Source: Dendrobates tinctorius
Lineage: Eukaryota
DNA length: 64,000 nt
Assembly (NCBI RefSeq): GCF_039654945.1
Contig: NW_027361700.1
Location: 12,834,001-12,898,000, forward strand
Direction of reading: 5' to 3'
The notes beneath the pieces are model-generated. The model was not told the origin of the DNA. It saw only the letters and a list, made by a program, of their open reading frames with translations, and did no database searches. Position numbers and translations under genes: made by a program. Below are positions 1 to 13,268 of this stretch, piece by piece (within the stretch, counting starts at the first letter, position 1; each line of letters starts with the position of its first letter).

Positions 1-271
1 ACAGGGGGGAGACTGAGCCCAGAGTCATGCATGGGGGGGGAGAATGAGCCCAGAGCCATGCATACAGAGGGGGGAGACTGAGCCTAGAGCCATGCATACA
101 GGGGGGGAGACGCTGCAGTGGGGAGATGGCTGCACTGGGGAGATGGCTGCACTGGGGAGATGGCTGCACTGAGGAGATGGCTGCACTGGGGAGATGAATT
201 AGTCACACTCCTCAATGGGGGAGGCAGCATTAAAAGTGCCTAGGGCAGCATAAACTCTAAATACAGCCCTG
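1..271. mobile_element. End of a non-autonomous hAT-like DNA transposon with internal short tandem repeats (truncated by window edge)
   Basis: Tandem repeats (GGGGAGATGGCTGCACT etc.) followed by a terminus ...TAAATACAGCCCTG resembling the CAGGG-type termini of the element at 19132-21151; other end not visible. Confidence 0.5.
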
Positions 272-1034
272 CCATAATTGCTTACATATATTCTATGCAC
301 GTTCTATGCACTCGTAATCGTTATCTGTTTGTTTGTTTCTTTTACTACTTTTATTACTTGTCTGCAATTTTGTGCTTAATAAAATATACCTATTTTTGAA
401 GCATTTCTACTCTGTATCCTCCTGTTTTTCCATTTAATTTTGGAGTAATTTCTTCTCTTGTGATCACCGGCACCTACTTGGTGTTTTGTTTCTCAGGCAA
501 ACATGTTACTGGGTTGTTTTTTGTTATACTTACCCTAGTAGCTCTTTTTTTTACTAATTATGATGCTCTCTGGCTAAAAGCTGAGTAGAAAAGCCTCCTG
601 GTAGTGATGCGTCAGAATAATAGAAATGCCTGATAATGGGGAAGCTGTAAATCAACAAATGACAGGATGAATGCATCTGAATTATTAAACAACAGTCATA
701 ATTAAATAGACCTGTCATATCAGAATTATACGAGAGCAATGATGAGGTTGTATTCCAGTTCCCTGTAAGACGAGCTATTACTTATGAAGTCATACTGGTG
801 TACCTTCCTGACAAGAGGATTATACTTTGTTATAATAAGTATTTATATTACCTGTCATGTTATCTTGTCTTTTTTTTATATTTTTGTGCTAAGGGTACTG
901 CCTTTTCTTCTCTTTTGACTGTCCCAGATTTCCTTTTACCAAGTTGCCAGGTATAGTTATTTGCCATATCAGCATGGCTTTGTATATTATATAGTGGTTT
1001 AGTGTAGACATTTTTTTTATACAAGTCATGTAAT

Positions 1035-2805
1035 CAGAGGCGCATCTAGGCTTTCTGGCACCCGGGGCAAGAATTCGGTTCGGCGCCCCCCCAAGTTACA
1101 TATGTGACTTGCACACTTAGCCATGTACCCACGAGCTGCTCTCCCTAATGCTCTCAGTGTTCAGTAAAAAACTGAAAGCAGATAGAGAAGCTCGTGGTCA
1201 CAAGACCATAACTATGAAAATCGCATATGAGTGAAGTGTGCATGTGATGACTGCTGGAACCTGCAGAGCTGAATCCTGACATTGCAGCTTCTGAATTCTC
1301 ACATCGAATGCACTGCACACTTTTAGGATTCTCCTTGCCGATGGACAGTCATGTCAGCACAAGTATGTGATTTGTATACTTCTGGCCACATTCCGACTAG
1401 ACGTGCCCGGCCTCGCTGTGTTCATTTTCAGTGAGTGAGGCCACACATGTCTAGTCAGCATGTGACCGTATGTATGTAAATTACCATCACGAGAGAGTCC
1501 TAACAGCGTTCAGTGAGCACTGTGAGAATTCAGAAGTCTGCAGTCACATAGAATGACTGCAGACTCAGCACAAACCTGGACAACCCCTGTAATATTCCTA
1601 ACATAAATAAAAACAAAAGAATTAGTCTTACAAGAGAATCAGTATCACAAATAATATTTACATCCAGGTACCTTTATAGATGACGTCGTCTCTAGAGATG
1701 AGTGACTTTGCCTTTTTTAGGGTCGAGTCGGGTTTCATGAAACCTGACTTTCTCAAAAGTTGAGTCGAACGAAATCGGCCGACTATCGTGAAAAGTCTAA
1801 GGTCCAACTGAAACACGAAACCCAATGCAAGTCAATGGGGAAGAAAAGTCGGCAGGGAGTGGAGGACAGTAAACACACCGACATGCCGGACCGCTTTTTT
1901 AAAGTGCGCAAAATCTCTCTCGACGCTGCACATGTCATCTCGTTGCCCACAGTGTATGTCCTTGCTCAGTGGCTGAAAAAAGTCACATGCAAGCATTCTG
2001 GGAAATCCGACTTTGGCGCTCGTTTTGCCAACCGCATGGCCAATTTCACGCTGTGGTCGGGTTTCGGTCGGCGAAAACCGACTTTGCCATAAGTCGGCGA
2101 CTTATGAATCTGGCCGACCTGTTTCGCTCAACTCTAGTCGTCTCTGGAGTCGTTCTCCTTTTCTTCTTCTTGTCCAGACCCCATGATGACTTTTCTCATC
2201 CACAGCCGTCACTGCAGACTTCCATCTTCTCTGGTCTTCTACAGCAAATCTCCACACAATCACCTTAAAGATAGAAGTGTCATTATAATGCTGCTTAATA
2301 AAAATTTCTGCAATATAATGTCGCCTCAAACTATTCCACTCCCTACCCATACTGTCTCCTCTAACATCCAACCTGTTCACCATACTGTTTCCTCATATCT
2401 TTACCCCCTCACTCTCTATGCTGCCTGCTCACACATACCCCTGACTCCCCATACTGTCTGCACACATCCCATCATGCTCACTCCCCATACTGTGTCCACA
2501 TACATTCACCTGTTCACGCCCCATACTGTCTGCACCCATACCCCATACTGTTCCTCATACATGCCCTCATACATATATACTCTTCATTTTGTGTCCTCAA
2601 ATCTCCCCACACACATTAAATCCCCCCATCCTCACTCCAAACCCCCCATCCCCCACACACATTAAGTACCCCCCATCCCCACTCCAAATCCCCCCACACA
2701 CATTAAATCCCCCATCCCCACTCCAAATCCCCCCACACATTAAGTATCAACCATCCCCACTCAATAATTGTACTGGCATCTGCACCCGCCCTGGATATGC
2801 GTCTG
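1035..2805. mobile_element. Non-autonomous hAT-type DNA transposon
   Basis: Imperfect TIRs CAGAGGCGCATCTAG / CTGGATATGCGTCTG; perfect 8-bp TSD CATGTAAT (1027-1034, 2806-2813); internal C/A-rich tandem repeats at 2340-2760. Confidence 0.85.
1693..2136. mobile_element. hAT-type MITE nested in the 1035-2805 element
   Basis: TIRs TAGAGATGAG / CTCAACTCTA; perfect 8-bp TSD GTCGTCTC (1685-1692, 2137-2144). Confidence 0.88.
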
Positions 2806-5620
2806 CATGTAATAATTAAGATTGCTTGCATCACTTTTATTTGCACACCTAAGCAGACATACACAATACATCAAATGGATCCCATGTCACAATTTGTGGG
2901 TTAAACCTCCATCTCTGAGGTTAACTTGTGGGCGCTGTAATATAGGTCTGTACAATGTGGATCTGTAATATAAGAAGGTCTTTAAGGTCTAAAAGTAATC
3001 ACCAATCTGTATAAGAAAATATACGCTGTGATTAGGCAAAAATTGTTACTTATGATCAATACAATTAGTATAAGCAATAAGCTAATTGATTTGATGCCAA
3101 TGAAATTTGTGTTGAGTTTTTAGGAATTTGATAAACCCGTGAAACTGAACAATTTGCAACTTTATTTGTTGTGCAATGTGTAAAATGCCAATTTATGCCA
3201 TTCATAAGATTTCATCAGTCAGTGAAGGATCACATGCTTTTGGACACTGAAATGTAGTGTTTTGTTCAAAGCAGGAAACAGCAGACATTTTGTGGTGAAT
3301 CTGTATAGTGAGGTGATGTCACAGTACACAGCATATCCATATAGAAATGCATAAAACACCGAATAAACTATATGAAGGACCATCCATTTACCTATACGCA
3401 TGCATGTTGAAGTTACTTAGACATTCTTAAGGCTGTGTTAGCATTAATGATCTTGAAAGGTGTTTGATACAGTTGTAGGAGACCAAATATGAGCTGATCA
3501 TTTGAAACTCAAAATCACCCATTTTACCAAAAATCCACCCAAAATTTGGTTTGCAGCAAATAAATTTGCACACATTGCATTTTTAAAAAGCCTTTGATTG
3601 GAAAATGTGTGTATAACATTGACTTCCCTTACAGTTAATAGAACATGTTTTGAGCTCTATAGCGCAAATACAGCCTTTTTAATGTCCAAGTAACTTCAAC
3701 CTATCTGACTAGGAGAAAATGGATGGTAACAAGAAGTAACCCATAGCATATTTAACAGCACCCTGCAGCATCAGACATTTTAAGCTGCACAAATTGTATA
3801 AGCAATCTAAAATTATCTCTTTGGGGGATAACAGATGCATGCATTTCTGTTGTTTATAGTCATGCAATACAAACGGAAGAGGCCATGGAATGTTTACATG
3901 GCCGAGTGCAACTTTTGTCTCTGTTTGGTGGGTATAAAGAGCTTTGCACTTTGCTAAATGAAGAAGCAAAAGCTTTTTCATAAGCTGTCAAGAAATTATC
4001 CTTTTAATTAGAGAGACAAAGCAGTTGAAATGTTTTGAGTGTGAAAAGGTAATGGACTCTCACCTAAAAGCAAAATAAATCTTTTTTTTTTTAGGGTACA
4101 GAGCTGTAATTACCTAATAATTTTGTAATTAGCAAAGCAAATACTTATTATGAAACTGTCCAAAAATTATCCCTTTTTTGTTATGACAATACTATTGCAC
4201 TGTTTTGAAAATGAAGAAGTTATGGCTTGCTGTCACCAAGCCTTTTCAAATATTAGCCATATATTGTGGAAAATAAAACAGCTCTTAAGGTGCTGTTGCT
4301 ACCGTTTATCACAAATGTATTCATTCACAGTCACACACTGAGTGGTCATGATGAGACTGCTACAACAGCTTACTATATATTACTTAAATCTCTGATTTCT
4401 ATTTACAGACTGAGACTACCATTTCTATTTTCAGTATGGTACAGAAGCACTGAAGTAGTACACCACAACCCCATTAGGCCTTTTTCTGTTTCTAGACTCT
4501 GTGTTCTGAGTTCCTTTCCCTACACAATACAGGCATAAAATGTAATTCCTTGGTCAGCCCCTATATTTTATACCTCCTTTGATAGCCTCCCTGAATGGCT
4601 ATCAGTGTTGCCAACTTTATTTTTTGTTTTTTTCTGGACAGCCTGTCAAAAAATCACGGGAAGACAACTTTTTTTTTTTTACGAACGCATTATATGACAA
4701 TAATAAATCATTAAGATTATAAGTGATACATTTCTACAGACCTTAAATTCTGTATGAAGATATTAGCTGCCTTAATTGTGAACTGGAAAAAGGTGATAAA
4801 TACCATGCTAACAATCTGTTCAAGTCTCTCCAGCGTTAAAAAAAAAAATCAGACACAACGCGTTCTTTTTACAGACAGGAGAAAAAAAGTGTCCTATTTT
4901 TATGTACTTTGCAGGAATTTCTGGACAATTGGCAAGACTGTTTGCCATGCTATATCATGTGATCGGATTGCTGCAGAGGATTATGGGGAAGCTCGCACTG
5001 CAGCATCTGACGCCATTGTCCCACTCACTGAGTGTGCAGCATGTGTGAAATAGTTCCAGGCATTTGTAGTAGACCTCAGAGTGTACACAAATCTTTTCAG
5101 GGAAATTGGAGGCTTTGCAGGATTTTCTCTTTGCATAAATTCGATTCACTGCAAATCAATTTCTTTGGAAAAAGTTGTCAATGGTGGCAAAAGATTTCAA
5201 AAGATTTGCTCTTATCTAGTGTACACTGTGTACATACAACCCCTGGCAAAAATTATGGAATCACCGGCCTTGGAGAATGTTCATTCAGTTGTTTTTAATT
5301 TTGTAGAAAAAAAGCAGATCACAGACATGGCACAAAACTAAAGTCAATTCAAATGGCAACTTTCTGGCTTTAAGAAACACTAAAAGAAATAAAGAACAAA
5401 AAATGTGGTAGTCAGTAATGGTTACTTTTTTAAACCAAGCATAGGGAAAAAATTATGGAATCACTCAATTCTGAGGAAAAAATTATGGAATCATGAAAAA
5501 CAAACCAACAAAAAAATACTCCAACACATCACTAGTATTTTGTTGCACCATCACTAGCTTTTATAACAGCGTGCAGTCTCTGAGGCTTGGACTTAATGAG
5601 TGTCAAACAGTACTCTTCAT

Positions 5621-5801
5621 TAGAGTTGAACGACATTCATCCACTCAATGCCGACTTTTATTCCCCATTGACTTGCATTGGGGTCGGGTTTCAGACGAAA
5701 CTCCGACTTTTTTTGCCCTAGTCGGACCAGTTTCATCCGACTCAAATTTTGTTTCATTCAGGTTTCACGAAACCCGATCCGACCAAAGTCGCTCAACTCT
5801 A
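5621..5801. mobile_element. hAT-type MITE (same terminal family as 1693-2136) inside the Tc1
   Basis: TIRs TAGAGTTGAACGAC / GTCGCTCAACTCTA; 8-bp TSD CTCTTCAT (5613-5620, 5802-5809). Confidence 0.9.
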
Positions 5802-6947
5802 CTCTTCATCAATCTGGCTCCAACTTTCTCTGATTGCTGTTGCCAGATCAGCTTTGCAGGTTGGAGCCTTGTCATGGACCATTTTCTTCAACTTCCACCA
5901 AAGATTTTCAATTGGATTGAGATCTGGACTATTTGCAGGCCATGACATTGACCTTATGTGTCTTTTTTCAAGGAATGTTTTCAAATTTTTTGCTCTATGG
6001 CAGGATGCATTATCATCTTGAAAAATGATTTCATCATCCCCAAACAGCCTTTCAATTGATGGGATAAAAGTGTCCAAAATATCAACATAAACTTGTGCAT
6101 TTATTGAAGATGTAATGACAGCCATCTCCTGTTGTGAGTTCATTTTCCCCTTCACCATTGAGGTCTGATGAACTCCCTCTTCTGGTGAAGGAAGGTAGTG
6201 AGGCTGATTACAAAGCACCTGAGCAGAATGATGTTGACTGGAATTGCTGACTGGATATAAGGCAGCCAACACCCTTCTGCCTTGCGGGTGATTTCTCTGA
6301 GGGATTCTAGGCGACCAGTCTGATTCCTGCTCCTCAAAAGCTAAGTTTTCTGCTCTGTTTTTTGCATTTGTGTTTTGGTTTTGTTTTGCCTTGTTTTTCT
6401 GGATTTCTGCCTTCCCCTGCTGGGTGAGCTGAATTCCTTTTTTGCTCTGTCTTCAGAAAATACCTGAGTACTGATATAGTCTTTTTGAAGCCTAGCGTCT
6501 TCAGGGCTTTTTTCCCTATCAGTCTGTTGGCTCTTGTTTTTGAGAGGGTTTTGGCGGATTGCAGACAGCAGCTTTTCTATTCTGTCCTATTTAGTTAGCT
6601 TGGGCCCCATCATTTGCTCAGCCTATCTTTCTATCTGTGTGAGTGTTTTTTCATCTTGCTTCACCGTCATTAAATGTTGGGGGCTGCCTATTGCTTTAGG
6701 GTCTGCTCTGGGGCAGTTTAGATTTCCCTTTCTGTCTTTAGGCTATGTAGTTCTCTGGCTGTGTTCGAGGGGTCTAGGGCACCGTAGGAACCCCCCAAGG
6801 CTACTGCTAGTTGTTGTTGTTAGGTTCAGGGGTCTGCAATCCGATAGCTGCCAACTTCTCTGGTTTTCTGGACTTAGCTAGTATTTCTGTTTTTGCTTCC
6901 TACGGTGACTCATTCATAACAGAATCACCCGCCCTTTTCAACATATA

Positions 6948-9062
6948 TTGGAGATAAAGCAATTGTCTGATCATGTGGAGCAGCTCGCTGCGGAAGTGCG
7001 GGGAATTTCCGCCTACCTTGCTCATTTACATGCTGCTGAACCAAAGATCCCTACTTCTGATGTGTTTTTTGGGGATCGGTCTAAATTTTTGAATTTCAAA
7101 AATAATTGTAAATTATTTTTTGCCTTGAAGCCTAACTCGTCAGGGAGTTCCGCACAGCAGGTTAAAATTGTCATCCCTTTGCTGCGTGGCGATCCCCAGG
7201 ATTGGGCGTTTTCTTTGAAACCAGATGATCCTATTCTGTCTAATGTGAACGCATTTTTTCAAGCTTTGGGGTTGGAGGGAGCTAAACATCAAGTCGTGGT
7301 CCTCACTGACCACAAGAATTTGATTTACCTGGAGTCGGCCAAACGCTTGAACCCTAGACAGGCTAGGTGGGCCTTGTTTTCTACACGTTTTGATTTTGTG
7401 GTCTCTTTTCTTCCAGGCACTAAGAATGTCAAGGCTGATGCTCTCTCTAGGAGCTTCTTTGCTGATTCTCCTGTGGTGACCAAGCCTGCTACCATCTTAG
7501 ACGAAGGGGTAGTTCTTTCTGCCATCTCGCCCGATTTGAGACGTGCTCTGGAAGAGTTCCAGGAGGACAAACCTGAGCATTGTCCCAGTGGAAAGTTGTA
7601 TGTTCCTGACCAGTGGAAGAAGAGAGTGATGTCTGAAGTTCATTGCTCTGCATTGGCTGGTCATCCAGGTATTTTTGGTACTAGAGATCTGGTGAGTCGG
7701 TCTTTTTGGTGGCCCACCTTGTCTCGTGATGTCAGGAATTTTGTGTAGTCCTGTGGGACTTGCTCCCGGTCTAAACCTTGTTCTCGCTCTAGTGGGTTGT
7801 TGATGCCTTTGCCGGTCCCCAGGAGGCCATGGACCCATATTTCAATGGATTTCATCTCTGATATGCCTGTCTCTCAGAGAATGACTGTTATTTGGGTGAT
7901 TTGTGATAGGTTCTCTAAGATGGTTCATCTTGTACAACTCCCTAAGTTGCCATCTTCCTCTGAGTTGGTGCCCCTGTTTTTGCAACAGGTGGTTCGCTTG
8001 CACGGGATTCCTGAGAACATTGTATCTGACAGAGGAGTTCAGTTTGTGTCTAGATTTTGGAGGACTTTCTGTTCCAAGCTGGGAATTCAGTTGTCCTTCT
8101 CCTCTGCTTTTCACCCTCAGACCAATGGGCAGACGGAGAGAACAAACCAGACCTTGGAGTCGTATTTGAGATGTTTTATTTCCGCTGATCAGGATGATTG
8201 GGTTTCATTTTTGCCCTTGGCCGAATTTGCTTTAAATAATAGAGCTAGTTCTGCCACTTTGATGTCGCCTTTTTTTTGTAACTTTGGGTTTCATCCTCGA
8301 TTTTCTTCAGGGCAGGTGGAGCCTTCTGCCTGCCCAGGTGTTGACACTGTGGTGGAGAGAATAAACCAGATCTGGGACTAAGTGGTGGATAAGTTATCTC
8401 TCTCCCAGGAAAAGGCCCAGCGGTTTTCCAACCGACATAGGACCATTGGTCCCCAGTTTAAGGTTGGTGATATGGTTTGGTTATCATCAAAAAATATCGC
8501 TATGAAGGTGGCTTCTCCTAAGTTTAAGCCTAGATTTATTGGACCTTACAAGATTTTGGAGATTATTAATCCGGTCTCTTTTCGTTTGGCTCTTCCTGTC
8601 ACATTTAAAATTCATAATGTGTTTCATAAGTCCTTGTTGAAGAGGTTTGTTGAACCAGTTGTTCCTGGGGTGGCACCTCCAGACCCTGTATTAGTTGAAG
8701 GTAACATGGAATATGAGGTAGAGAAGATACTGGATTCCCGTCTGGCTAGACGGAGACTCCAGTATTTGGTTAAGTGGAAGGGTTATGGTCAGGAGGATAA
8801 TTCCTGGGTCTCTGCCTCTGATATTCATGCCAAAAGATTGGTGCGTGCCTTTCATCGGGCTCACCCTGATCGCCCTGGTGGCGTGGATGAGGGTTCGGTG
8901 ACCCCTCCTCAAGGGGGAGGTACTGTTGTGAATTCATTTTCCCCTTCACCATTGAGGTCTGATGAACTTCCTCTTCTGGTGAAGGAAGGTAGTGAGGCTG
9001 ATTACAAAGCACCTGAGCAGAATGATGATGACTGGGTGACTGGAATTGCTGACTGGATATAA
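6948..9062 (+). pseudogene. Gypsy gag N-terminus fused to RNase H C-terminus, integrase and chromodomain; two in-frame stops; protease and RT missing
   Basis: One reading frame with stops at 7746-7748 and 8379-8381. Motifs: TDHKNL...RQARW (RNase H), H-x6-GHPG (integrase Zn finger), ISMDF...IVSDRG...HPQTNGQTER (integrase core), GPY, YEVEKILDSR...YLVKWKGY (chromodomain). Confidence 0.9.
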
Positions 9063-9680
9063 GGCAGCCGACACCCTTCTGCCTTGCGGGTGATTTCTCT
9101 GAGGGATTCTAGGCGACCAGTCTGATTCCTGCTCCTCAAAAGCTAAGTTTTCTGCTCTGTTTTTTGCATTTGTGTTTTGGTTTTGTTTTGCCTTGTTTTT
9201 CTGGATTTCTGCCTTCCCCTGCTGGGTGAGCTGAATTCCTTTTTGCTTTGTCTTCAGAAAATACCTGAGTACTGATATAGTCTTTTTGAAGCCTAGCGTC
9301 TTCAGGGCTTTTTTCCCTATCAGTCTGTTGGCTCTTGTTTTTGAGAGGGTTTTGGCGGATTGCAGACAGCAGCTTTTCTATTCTGTCCTATTTAGTTAGC
9401 TTGGGCCCCATCATTTGCTCAGCCTATCTTTCTATCTGTGTGAGTGTTTTTTCATCTTGCTTCACCGTCATTATATGTTGGGGGCTGCCTATTGCTTTGG
9501 GGTCTGCTCTGGGGCAATTTAGATTTCCCTTTCGGTCTTTAGGCTATGTAGTTCTCCGGCTGTGTTCGAGGGGTCTAGGGCACCGTAGGAACCCCCCACG
9601 GCTACTGCTAGTTGTTATTGTTGTTAGGTTCAGGGGTCTGCAATCCGATAGCTGCCAACTTCTCTGGTTTTCTGGACTTA

Positions 9681-10132
9681 GGCTAGTTTCACACTAGCGT
9701 TTATGAGCGCAGCGAAGGCCTGCGCACGGCCGCCGCTAAGCACCGCCCCTGCCACGCCTCCGCCGGTAGCTCCGCCCACCGGCGCAAGACGCTGCATGCG
9801 CCCTGCGTCCCCTATCTTTATCACTGGGGGTGCAGGCCGTGCGCAGTATGCGTTTGGCGGCGCATGCGTCCTTTTGACGGTGCGCCGACCTGCGCCAAAC
9901 GCAACCTGCTGCAGTTTGGTTGCGTCGGCGCACCGTCAAAAAGGCGCATGCGCCGCCAAACGCATACTGCGCACGGCCTGCGCCCCCAGTGATAAAGATA
10001 GGGGACGCAGGGCGCATGCAGCGTCATGCGCTGGTGGGCGGAGCTACCGGCGGAGGCGCGGCAGGGGCGGGGCTTAGCGGCGGCCGTGCGCAGGCCGTCA
10101 CTGCGCTCATAAACGCTAGTGTGAAACTAGCC
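9681..10132. mobile_element. PIF/Harbinger-type palindromic MITE inserted in the 3' LTR
   Basis: TIRs GGCTAGTTTCACACTAGCGTTT / AAACGCTAGTGTGAAACTAGCC; TTA TSD on both sides; nearly the whole element is an inverted repeat; absent from the 5' LTR. Confidence 0.93.
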
Positions 10133-10715
10133 TTAGCTAGTATTTCTGTTTTTGCCTCCTACGGTGACTCATTCATAACAATCTCCCCAGTGCCTTTACC
10201 TGACATGCAGCCCCATATCATCAATGACTGTGGAAATTTGCATGTTCTCTTCAGGCAGTCATCTTTATAACTCTCACTGGAACGGTACCAAACAAAAGTT
10301 CCAGCATCATCACCTTGCCCAATGCAGATTCGCGATTCATCACTGAATATGACTTTCATCCAGTCACGATTGCTTTTCCTTAGCCCATTGTAACCTTGTT
10401 TTTTTCTATTTAGGTATTAATGATGGCTTTCGTTTAGCTTTTTTGTATGTAAATCCCATATCCTTTAGGCAGTTTCTTACAGTTCGGTCACAGACGTTGA
10501 CTCCAGTTTCCTCCCATTTGTTCTTCATTTGTTTTGCTGTGCATTTCCTGTTTTGGAGACATATTGATTTAAGTTTCCGGTCTTGACACTTTGATGTCTT
10601 CCTTGGTCTACCAGTATGTTTGCCTTTAACAACCTTCCCATGTTATTTGTATTTGGTCTAGATTTTAGACACAGCTGACTGTGAACAACCAACATCTTTG
10701 GCAACATTGCTGTAA

Positions 10716-11552
10716 TGTCACGTGTGACTGGATACACCGCCTCCAGCAGGGCGAATTTCTATAACACCCATGAACCTGGATACACCACCTCCAGCAGGGC
10801 GAATTTAAACAGAGTTAAGGGAAACACCAGGGAAACCGTTACAATGGAGGGCCCTGCAATAGAGAACGGGGAGGTGGAGACCTGCACTCCCCTGAGTCAG
10901 TGTCCCTACACTCCTGACAATCCCTAGGCAGGTTCCGCACCTGGCGACGAGCTGGATACCTCAAATCTTTAGCTCGCCCTACACCTATCCCTTTCTAGTG
11001 AATTGGACGGTGCAGAAACTAATCCCACCACTGCACTAATACACACACAAGGAAAGTAACAAACAGGGAAAAACACCACTTAGCTTTGCTCTGTTGCTAT
11101 TGCTCCCAGCAACAGAGTACAACACCAAAGTTCAGCTTTACCCCTAAAGCTCTACACCTGAATTCAGCTTTCGCCTGAAGCTATTACACCAGAGCTCCCC
11201 TGAGCTGCCAGGAACTCCTCTCTGTAGTTCCTTCCTTCACCAGACTTGGTTGGAAATGAGCAATATCACCAACAGTGAGTGAGACCACCTGCAACTCCTT
11301 TATAGGTAGGAGCCAGGGAATCACACCTGCTTCATAATCACGTGCAATAACACTAACGGCCACCGGGGGCAAAACTAAAGTAACCAGAGTGCAATGACCC
11401 TAACGGCCACCGGGGGCAAAACTAGAACTAAAACAACCACAGTGTAATGACCCTAATGGCCACCGGGGGCAAAACTAACTTTAAGCAAACAACTTAAAGG
11501 AAAAAAAAGGTTACTTGTGCAAAATCTGTCATAATCCAACCTGGATCATGAC
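10716..11552 (-). mobile_element. Probable solo LTR inside the Tc1 ORF
   Basis: Interrupts the Tc1 coding sequence; minus-strand ends GTCATGATCC...CGTGACA; TATA-like CCTATAAAAG on minus; three internal GGCCACCGGGGGCAAAACTA repeats; no clean TSD. Confidence 0.6.
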
Positions 11553-13268
11553 TCTTTTAAGAGTTTGATAATCCTCTCCTTTGTTTCAATTGACATCTCT
11601 CGTGTTGGAACCATGATTCATGTCAGTCCACTTGGTGCAACAGCTCTCCAAGGTGTGCTCACTCCTTTTTAGATGCAGACTAACGAGCAGATCTAATTTG
11701 ATGCAGGTGTTAGTTTTGGGAATGAAAATTTACAGGGTGATTCTGCTACGATCGCGGGCGCAGCGTGGCTTACCCAGCCAACGCTCCCGTGTCGTCGAAC
11801 TATAATGACGACGGGGTATGCGTCCCAGGTGATCGTGGAATGTGGACCCACTGGACCACAGAGGGGACCCGGGCCTACCCGGACAAGGGAAAGGAAGCAA
11901 CTGGGGTCTGCGGCTGCTAAGCTTGTGGACAAGATGGCCATATGCAGGACTAACAGACACCGCACAACTTCAGGTATGAATAAAAATAAAGTTTACTGAA
12001 ATAAAGCAAAGACAAAGAAACACCAGGTTCCGGAATATGCACATCATAAAGGAAACACATCTCAGGTTGACAGGCAAAGCAAGATGTCATCATGGGTTGA
12101 CGCAGTCCAGGATTGTCTGGCGCGGGCATACTAGAATGGCCTCTCGGGCCTCGGGCGTAGCACAGGTTCAGCAGGAGAACATCAGACACAGACCTCGAGC
12201 AGACTTCAGGTGATGGCAGGGGTCATCCTGGGTAAATGCAATACAGGGGTAACTGCCTCGGGCATACTAGGATGGCCTCTCTCTCAGACCTCAGGTGTAG
12301 CACTGGCACAGCAGGAGAGCATAAGACACCAACCTCAGGCAGCCTTCAGACAACAGCAGGAGCCATCACGGGTAAGACCCCAGGGAACCGGCAGGTTACT
12401 TGTGCAAAATCTGTCATAATCCAACCTGGATCATGACTCTTTTAAGAGTTTGATAATCCTCTCCTTTGTTTCAATTGACATCTCTCGTGTTGGAACCATG
12501 ATTCATGTCAGTCCACTTGGTGGAACAGCTCTCCAAGGTGTGCTCACTCCTTTTTAGATGCAGACTAACGAGCAGATCTAATTTGATGCAGGTGTTAGTT
12601 TTGGGAATGAAAATTTACAGGGTGATTCTGCTACGATCGCGGGCGCAGCGTGGCTTACCCAGCCAACGCTCCCGTGTCGTCGAACTATAATGACGACGGG
12701 GTATGCGTCCCAGGTGATCGTGGAATGTGGACCCACTGGACCACATAGGGGACCCGGGCCTACCCAGACAAGGGAAAGGAAGCAACTGGGGTCTGCGGCA
12801 GCTAAGCTTGTGGACAAGATGGCCATATGCAGGACTAACAGACACCGCACAACTTCAGGTATGAATAAAAATAAAGTTTACTGAAATAAAGCAAAGACAA
12901 AGAAACACCAGGTTCCGGAATATGCACATCATGAAGGAAACACATCTCAGGTTGACAGGCAAAGCAAGATGTCATCATGGGTTGACGCAGTCCAGGATTG
13001 TCTGGCGCGGGCATACTAGAATGGCCTCGGGCGTAGCACAGGTTCAGCAGGAGAACATCAGACACAGACCTCGAGCAGACTTCAGGTGATGGCAGGGGTC
13101 ATCCTGGGTAAATGCAATACAGGGTTAACTGGCTCGGGCATACTAGGATGGCCTCTCTCTCAGACCTCAGGCGTAGCACTGGCACAGCAGGAGAGCATAA
13201 GACACCAACCTCAGGCAGCCTTCAGACAACGGCAGGAGCCATCACGGGTAAGACCCCAGGGAACCGGC
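11508..13268. repeat. Tandem duplication, ~885-bp unit (11508-12392 and 12393-13268)
   Basis: Directly visible repeat, about 10 differences including one 9-bp indel; AGG microhomology at the junction. Confidence 0.93.

Larger units (their letters stand above)
6130..10180 (+). mobile_element. Ty3/Gypsy chromovirus LTR retrotransposon, internally deleted
   Basis: Near-identical LTRs 6130-6921 and 8924-10180 (TGTT...AACA); polypurine tract AAGGGGGAGG at 8911-8920; duplicated target ATCTCC within the Tc1 ORF. Confidence 0.95.

Noticed and set aside
4603-4940. Possible MITE with ends CAGTGTTGCCAA / TTGGCAAGACTG
   Set aside because: Short inverted ends but no matching TSD; support too weak
11355-11478. 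Three GGCCACCGGGGGCAAA repeats as CTCF sites
   Set aside because: One base short of the CTCF core spacing, and inside an LTR-like repeat
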